64,000 bases of DNA from Hydrurus foetidus (taxonomy: Eukaryota): assembly GCA_900617105.1 (NCBI GenBank), contig UYFQ01000001.1:5022001-5086000 (forward strand), given 5' to 3'. Below the pieces are notes generated by a model. That model saw only the letters and a list, made by a program, of their open reading frames with translations. It did no database searches and had not been told where the DNA came from. This document shows, piece after piece, positions 59,223 to 64,000 of the stretch. How positions within the stretch are numbered: position 1 is the stretch's first letter; each line of letters begins with the position of its first letter. The position numbers and the translations under genes are program-made.

Positions 59223-60253
59223 GGCAATTTGATCTCCGCGTCACGTGCAAACGGCCATTTGCGATTGATCTCATTGACCAGGCCGTCGACCTTGCGCAGG
59301 CTGGACTCCACCTCGCCGCGCAGCACGCCCAAGTCGTTGGTGCCGTCTTTCACATTGGCGCCCACGGCCTGCGCTTCAATCAGCACCGCGTCAACTTTTT
59401 TCAAGCTATTGCGCGCATCAGCCAGCAGCGCATTGAGTTGCACCACCGTGGCACGCGTTTCAGGCATCACGCCGTTGGCACCAAACACCTGGGTGTCTGC
59501 CTTGGCGGCCAAACCGTTTGCCTTGGCCGTCAGGCTGTCGATTTTCAGCAGCAGCGCGTTGGTGCGGTCAAGCGTGGTCATGATTTTTTTGGCCTCGGCC
59601 TCGCCGCCCAGCAGCGCAGTCAGCGCCCCGCCTGGGCCGTTGATCTTGGCGGTTAGCGTTTGCAGGTTGCCAAGGCTGGCACCCAATGCACCTTGTGCGC
59701 TGACCAGGCTGCTGACGCTCTCGAGCAGGTCTTTGGCTGCAGCAATCAGCTTAGGCACTTCGGCGCCTGCGTCGCCCTGCAGCACAGTGCGGGTAGCGCG
59801 GTCTTCCAGCAGCGGGTCAGTCAGCACGCCGGTGTAAGCCCGAATGTTGGTGCCGCCAACCAGGCCGCGAACCAGCGTAAACACGCTGGACTTGCGCAGC
59901 CAATGCGCGTCTTTGCTGGCCACGTCGACCACAATGCGGGCCTTGCCGTCTTCAGCAAGCTCAATGCGGCGCACCCGGCCAATCGGAAAGCCAGAAAACG
60001 TCAGGTTCATGCCCACCACCACGCCCTCAGAATCTTCGGACACCAGCACCAGTTTTTGCGTGGTTTCAAACAAGCCGCGTGCGTACATCACGTACAACGC
60101 CGCCGACACGATCAAGGCCAGCATAAAACCCAACAGCAGCACGGCCTTAAACTCCAGCCGCTCAGGTGGCGCGGGCAGTGCCGGGCTTTGCGCCGCGTCG
60201 GGCGGATACGGCAGTTCGGGCAGTTCTGAAGAGGGCTCGGGCTTATCGCTCAT
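59219..60253 (-). CDS. MlaD/MCE domain protein
   Basis: TM, GVVVGMNLTFSGFPIGRV, long helical tail. Confidence 0.85.
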   Translation of the reverse strand: MSDKPEPSSELPELPYPPDAAQSPALPAPPERLEFKAVLLLGFMLALIVSAALYVMYARGLFETTQKLVLVSEDSEGVVVGMNLTFSGFPIGRVRRIELAEDGKARIVVDVASKDAHWLRKSSVFTLVRGLVGGTNIRAYTGVLTDPLLEDRATRTVLQGDAGAEVPKLIAAAKDLLESVSSLVSAQGALGASLGNLQTLTAKINGPGGALTALLGGEAEAKKIMTTLDRTNALLLKIDSLTAKANGLAAKADTQVFGANGVMPETRATVVQLNALLADARNSLKKVDAVLIEAQAVGANVKDGTNDLGVLRGEVESSLRKVDGLVNEINRKWPFARDAEIKLP

Positions 60254-60280
60254 GCATTGATTTTCTTAAAAAGCGGTGCA

Positions 60281-61084
60281 TTAATAATAGTTGCCGACCA
60301 GAGACAGCACTTCAATCAACAAAACAATAGCGAACATGCGCACCAAACTGCGCATTTCAGCACTGGTGCGGGTGTTGCTGCTGGCCGAGCCATACAGCGC
60401 TGACGCCATCGGTATCAGCGACACCGCCAGGCTAAACAGCAGTGTTTTCATAACGAAAATCATCGTGACAGCCGGGCCAAACACCTGGCCAAACAAACGC
60501 GTGTAGCCGGCAAAACCTGAAATATTGAAGCCGTAAATCGCCACATAGGCCACCACCAGCGACACCACGCAGCTGAGTACCGCCAGCGTCACAGTTGAGA
60601 AAATACCCGCCACCACGCGCGGCAGCACTTCATGGTGAATCGGGTTGATGCCCCTGGACCGCAGCTTGTCGAGCTCGCCCCGGGCCTGCATTTCAGCCAG
60701 CTCTGCGCCGTCTGGAATGGTGCAGCGCAGCGCTACAAAAAGCGCAGCGGTCAGGGGAATCAGCTCGAGCACCAGCACGCGAATCACCACTTGCAACGCG
60801 TATTGCGACAAGCCGTAGCTAAGCGCCGTGGTGGTCACAATGCGCGTGAGCACCAGGCTGATCAGCGAGCACATCACGGTAAAACCAAACAAAATGGGCG
60901 CGGTGTTGTCGTAGATATGACGCGTCAGCAGCACCCGACCATCCCGGTTGTAGCTTGAAGGCGACAGCGCCATCAGCAAAAGCACCGCGCCCAAGTAAGC
61001 CATGCGCCACCATTGCGCCAGCCACTGCTGGGCGGCTCGGTTGGCGCGCACCAGCAAGTGGGCGGAATTGGCTTGGGCAGTCAT
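60281..61084 (-). CDS. MlaE-family ABC permease
   Basis: LELIPLTAALFVALR, GINP....LPR. Confidence 0.82.
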   Translation of the reverse strand: MTAQANSAHLLVRANRAAQQWLAQWWRMAYLGAVLLLMALSPSSYNRDGRVLLTRHIYDNTAPILFGFTVMCSLISLVLTRIVTTTALSYGLSQYALQVVIRVLVLELIPLTAALFVALRCTIPDGAELAEMQARGELDKLRSRGINPIHHEVLPRVVAGIFSTVTLAVLSCVVSLVVAYVAIYGFNISGFAGYTRLFGQVFGPAVTMIFVMKTLLFSLAVSLIPMASALYGSASSNTRTSAEMRSLVRMFAIVLLIEVLSLVGNYY

Positions 61085-61160
61085 CGGCTCATGATACCCG
61101 CGCTACCCAGACGCTCCGCGTAGGACACGGGTGCAACAAGCGTGCAACAGCACTTAATTT

Positions 61161-61208
61161 GCTATTAATAAAGTAGCTAATTGCGCCCAAATTGATTGGG
61201 CTACAGCC
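61161..61208 (+). repeat. REP-like element copy 15
   Basis: GCTATTAATAAAGTAGCTAATTGCGCCCAAATTGATTGGGCTACAGCC. Confidence 0.8.
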
Positions 61209-61241
61209 GTATAGACCTATCAAAAACGGCTTGTAGGCGGT

Positions 61242-63779
61242 CTAGACCGACTTTCGCGCCAGCGGTTTGCCAAAACTGCTCTTGTTGCCTGTGTTAACGG
61301 CAGTCTTGGTGCCAGCCTTGCGCGAGGCGTTGTCCCGTGGCGGCAAGCCGGTGTGCTGGGTGAGCAGCCTGCCCTTGGCGATGGTGGGCGACGAAACAGC
61401 GGTGGCTTTGTCGGCACCAGAAGTTGAATTCTTACGCCGCGCCGATTGGTACGCACCATCGACCAGCGGCTGAAACGTTGGTATCAAATGGTGTTTGCCG
61501 TTGCCAATCAAATCTGCCCGGCCCATGGTTTTAAGGGCTTCACGCAGCAGCGGCCAGTTGTTCGGGTCGTGATAGCGCAGAAAAGCTTTGTGCAAACGGC
61601 GGCGCTTTTCACCGCGAACGATGTCTACCGTTTCGCTGTCACGGGTGATTTTGCGCAGCGGGTTTTTATTGGTGTGGTACATCGCCGTGGCAGTAGCCAT
61701 GGGCGATGGGTAAAAGGTTTGTACCTGGTCGGCCCGAAAGCCGCTTTTCTTGAGCCACTGGGCCAAGTGCATCATGTCTTCGTCGCTGGTGCCGGGGTGG
61801 GCGGCAATGAAGTACGGAATCAGAAACTGTTTTTTACCAGCTTCCAGCGTGTACTTTTCAAACAGCTGCTTGAACTTGTCGTAGCTGCCGATGCCGGGCT
61901 TCATCATCTTGGTGAGCGGGCCTTGCTCGGTATGCTCGGGGGCAATTTTCAAATAGCCGCCGACGTGGTGGCTGACCAACTCTTTGACGTACTCCGGGCT
62001 TTCAACGGCCAGGTCATAACGCACACCGGAGCTGATCAAAATTTTCTTCACGCCCTTGAGCGCCCGCGCGCGGCGGTACATTTTGATCAGCGGGTTGTGG
62101 TCGGTGTTCAGATTGGGGCAAATGCCGGGGTACACGCAGCTGGGCTTGCGGCAGGCGGCTTCAATTTCGGGTGATTTGCAGCCAATGCGGTACATGTTGG
62201 CGGTAGGGCCGCCCAAGTCTGAAATGGTGCCGGTAAAGCTTTTGACCGAATCGCGAATCGCTTCAATCTCACGAATGACTGAGTCTTCAGACCGGCTTTG
62301 AATGATGCGGCCTTCATGCTCGGTAATTGAGCAGAAAGTGCAGCCACCAAAGCAGCCGCGCATGATGTTGACGGAAAAGCGAATCATTTCCCATGCCGGG
62401 ATTTTGGTGGCGTGGTCGTGTGAGCCGTTTTCGTCTGCGTAGCTCGGGTGCGGGCTGCGTGCGTACGGCAAGTCGAACACGTAGTCCATCTCGGCAGTGG
62501 TCAGCGGTATCGGCGGCGGCGTGATCCACACGTCGCGCGCGGTAACGCCTTCGCCATGGGCTTGCACCAAGGCGCGTGCGTTGCCGGGGTTGGTTTCTAA
62601 ATGCAGTACACGGTTGGCGTGGGCGTAAAGAACGGCATCGCTTTTGACTTGTTCGTACGATGGCAAGCGGATCACTGACCGGTCACGGGGGGGGACTTTG
62701 ATCTTGCCAGAATTCGCAGAGCCCTCACCCCTACCCTCTCCCGCAAGCGGGAGAGGGAGTAATACCGGTGTTGTTCCCTCCCCTTCCGGGGGAGTTAAGT
62801 GACTTACTCCCTCTCCCTTTGGGAGAGGGCGGGGGTGAGGGCTCCCCCGATCCATCTTCAAACTCAATTTCGGATTCAGCATGAATTTTAGAGGCTTGAT
62901 CGCACCGCTCTCAGCCTCCTTCGCTACAGCCTTTGCCTCATCATCCCGCGCACAACTCGCCCCCAACTCTTTGGCAGCGTCGGCCACCATCAAATACGGG
63001 TTGACATGCGCCTCTACCCGGCCCGGTGCGTCAACGCTGGTCGAGTCAATTTCAAACCAGCCCTGCGCAGTCTCGTCACCCGAGCGGCGAATAAACGCGG
63101 TGCCGCGAATGTCCGTCATGGTCGCGATGGTTTCTTTGGCGGCCAGCCGGTGGGCAATTTCAACGATGGCGCGCTCAGCGTTGCCGTACAGCAGCAAGTC
63201 GCATTTGGCATCCACCACCACACTGCGGCGAACCTTGTCTGACCAGTAGTCGTAATGCGCAATGCGGCGCAGGCTGCCTTCAATGCCGCCCAAAATAATC
63301 GGCACGTCTTTGAATGCTTCGCGGCAACGCTGCGAATACACCAGCGCGGCGCGGTCTGGCCGCTTGCCGCCAATGTCGCCGGGGGTGTAGGCGTCGTCAG
63401 AGCGTATTTTGTGATCAGCCGTGTAGCGGTTGATCATGCTGTCCATATTGCCCGCCGTGATGCCCCAAAACAAGTTGGGCTTGCCCAAAATCTTGAACGG
63501 CTCAGCGCTTTGCCAATCGGGCTGGGCAATGATGCCGACCCGAAAGCCCTGCGCCTCCAGCATGCGGCCAATCACCGCCATGCCAAAGCTGGGGTGGTCA
63601 ACATACGCATCGCCAGTGACGATGATGATGTCGCAGCTGTCCCAGCCAAGCGCGTCCATCTCGGCCCGGGTGGTGGGCAAAAACTTGGCCGTGCCAAAGC
63701 GAGCCGCCCAGTACTTGCGGTAACTGGTCAGGGGTTTGGCGGCGCGGGCGAAGAAGGAAACGTCCACAGGGGCGTTCAT
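61242..63779 (-). CDS. ygiQ: YgiQ-family radical SAM protein
   Basis: [31 protein letters not shown]. Confidence 0.92.
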   Translation of the reverse strand: MNAPVDVSFFARAAKPLTSYRKYWAARFGTAKFLPTTRAEMDALGWDSCDIIIVTGDAYVDHPSFGMAVIGRMLEAQGFRVGIIAQPDWQSAEPFKILGKPNLFWGITAGNMDSMINRYTADHKIRSDDAYTPGDIGGKRPDRAALVYSQRCREAFKDVPIILGGIEGSLRRIAHYDYWSDKVRRSVVVDAKCDLLLYGNAERAIVEIAHRLAAKETIATMTDIRGTAFIRRSGDETAQGWFEIDSTSVDAPGRVEAHVNPYLMVADAAKELGASCARDDEAKAVAKEAESGAIKPLKFMLNPKLSLKMDRGSPHPRPLPKGEGVSHLTPPEGEGTTPVLLPLPLAGEGRGEGSANSGKIKVPPRDRSVIRLPSYEQVKSDAVLYAHANRVLHLETNPGNARALVQAHGEGVTARDVWITPPPIPLTTAEMDYVFDLPYARSPHPSYADENGSHDHATKIPAWEMIRFSVNIMRGCFGGCTFCSITEHEGRIIQSRSEDSVIREIEAIRDSVKSFTGTISDLGGPTANMYRIGCKSPEIEAACRKPSCVYPGICPNLNTDHNPLIKMYRRARALKGVKKILISSGVRYDLAVESPEYVKELVSHHVGGYLKIAPEHTEQGPLTKMMKPGIGSYDKFKQLFEKYTLEAGKKQFLIPYFIAAHPGTSDEDMMHLAQWLKKSGFRADQVQTFYPSPMATATAMYHTNKNPLRKITRDSETVDIVRGEKRRRLHKAFLRYHDPNNWPLLREALKTMGRADLIGNGKHHLIPTFQPLVDGAYQSARRKNSTSGADKATAVSSPTIAKGRLLTQHTGLPPRDNASRKAGTKTAVNTGNKSSFGKPLARKSV
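62719..62844. repeat. second palindromic element family (inverted pair), in-frame in ygiQ
   Basis: GAGCCCTCACCCCTACCCTCTCCCGCAAGCGGGAGAGGGAGTAA ... TTACTCCCTCTCCCTTTGGGAGAGGGCGGGGGTGAGGGCTC. Confidence 0.88.
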
Positions 63780-63944
63780 AAGCGGGTCAGTAAAAACTGC
63801 GTTGACTGCAAAGCAAACCGTGATTTTAAGGTTTTAATGCCGCTTAGCGAGACTTGCAGACCGAATGGCACTGAAAAGCGCTTTGAATTGGCCCAGCGCA
63901 CCGAAAAACAACAAAAAAGGCCTGATTTCAATAAGAGATCAGGC

Positions 63945-63989
63945 CTTAGCCCAATAAATACGGGCGCGAGCAGCTATAAATTAAATAGC
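63945..63989 (-). repeat. REP-like element copy 16, with adjacent hairpin at 63918-63947
   Basis: GCCCAATAAATACGGGCGCGAGCAGCTATAAATTAAATAGC. Confidence 0.9.
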
Positions 63990-64000
63990 TGTTTCAGATA

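Overview
Betaproteobacterial chromosome segment. Gene content and order point to Comamonadaceae, probably Polaromonas-like (inference). Left to right: (1) cbb3 oxidase cluster ccoI-S-N-O-Q-P-G' on the minus strand; (2) a ~30 kb low-oxygen/stress block with three USPs, adhP, trxC, a P-type ATPase, dps, an IS3 element, two tandem Crp/Fnr regulators, a BLUF protein, arcDABC, a porin, an ABC exporter, a YeeE/YedE pair, cbpAM, VIT1 and an Acg nitroreductase; (3) matB, enoyl-CoA hydratase, Bug, phaCAB, pgeF and maiA; (4) an iron locus where feoAB converges on a TIGR03118-porin-FMN-binding-ApbE-membrane protein operon, with Fur-type boxes at both ends; (5) an MFS transporter, mlaED-lipoprotein and the radical SAM gene ygiQ. 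Main observations: a recurring non-FNR palindrome TGTGCG-N4-CGCACA placed at class II activator spacing, which suggests a separate Crp/Fnr regulon; an IS3 insertion that splits one such promoter and creates a hybrid -35/-10; about 16 copies of a ~48 bp REP-like element, at least four inserted in-frame in proteins; a second palindromic element in-frame in YgiQ; a hidden deletion junction that removed most of a BigR-like repressor; and a candidate flavinylation-based iron-reduction module whose porin gene is frameshifted. All calls come from reading motifs by eye; no database searches were run.
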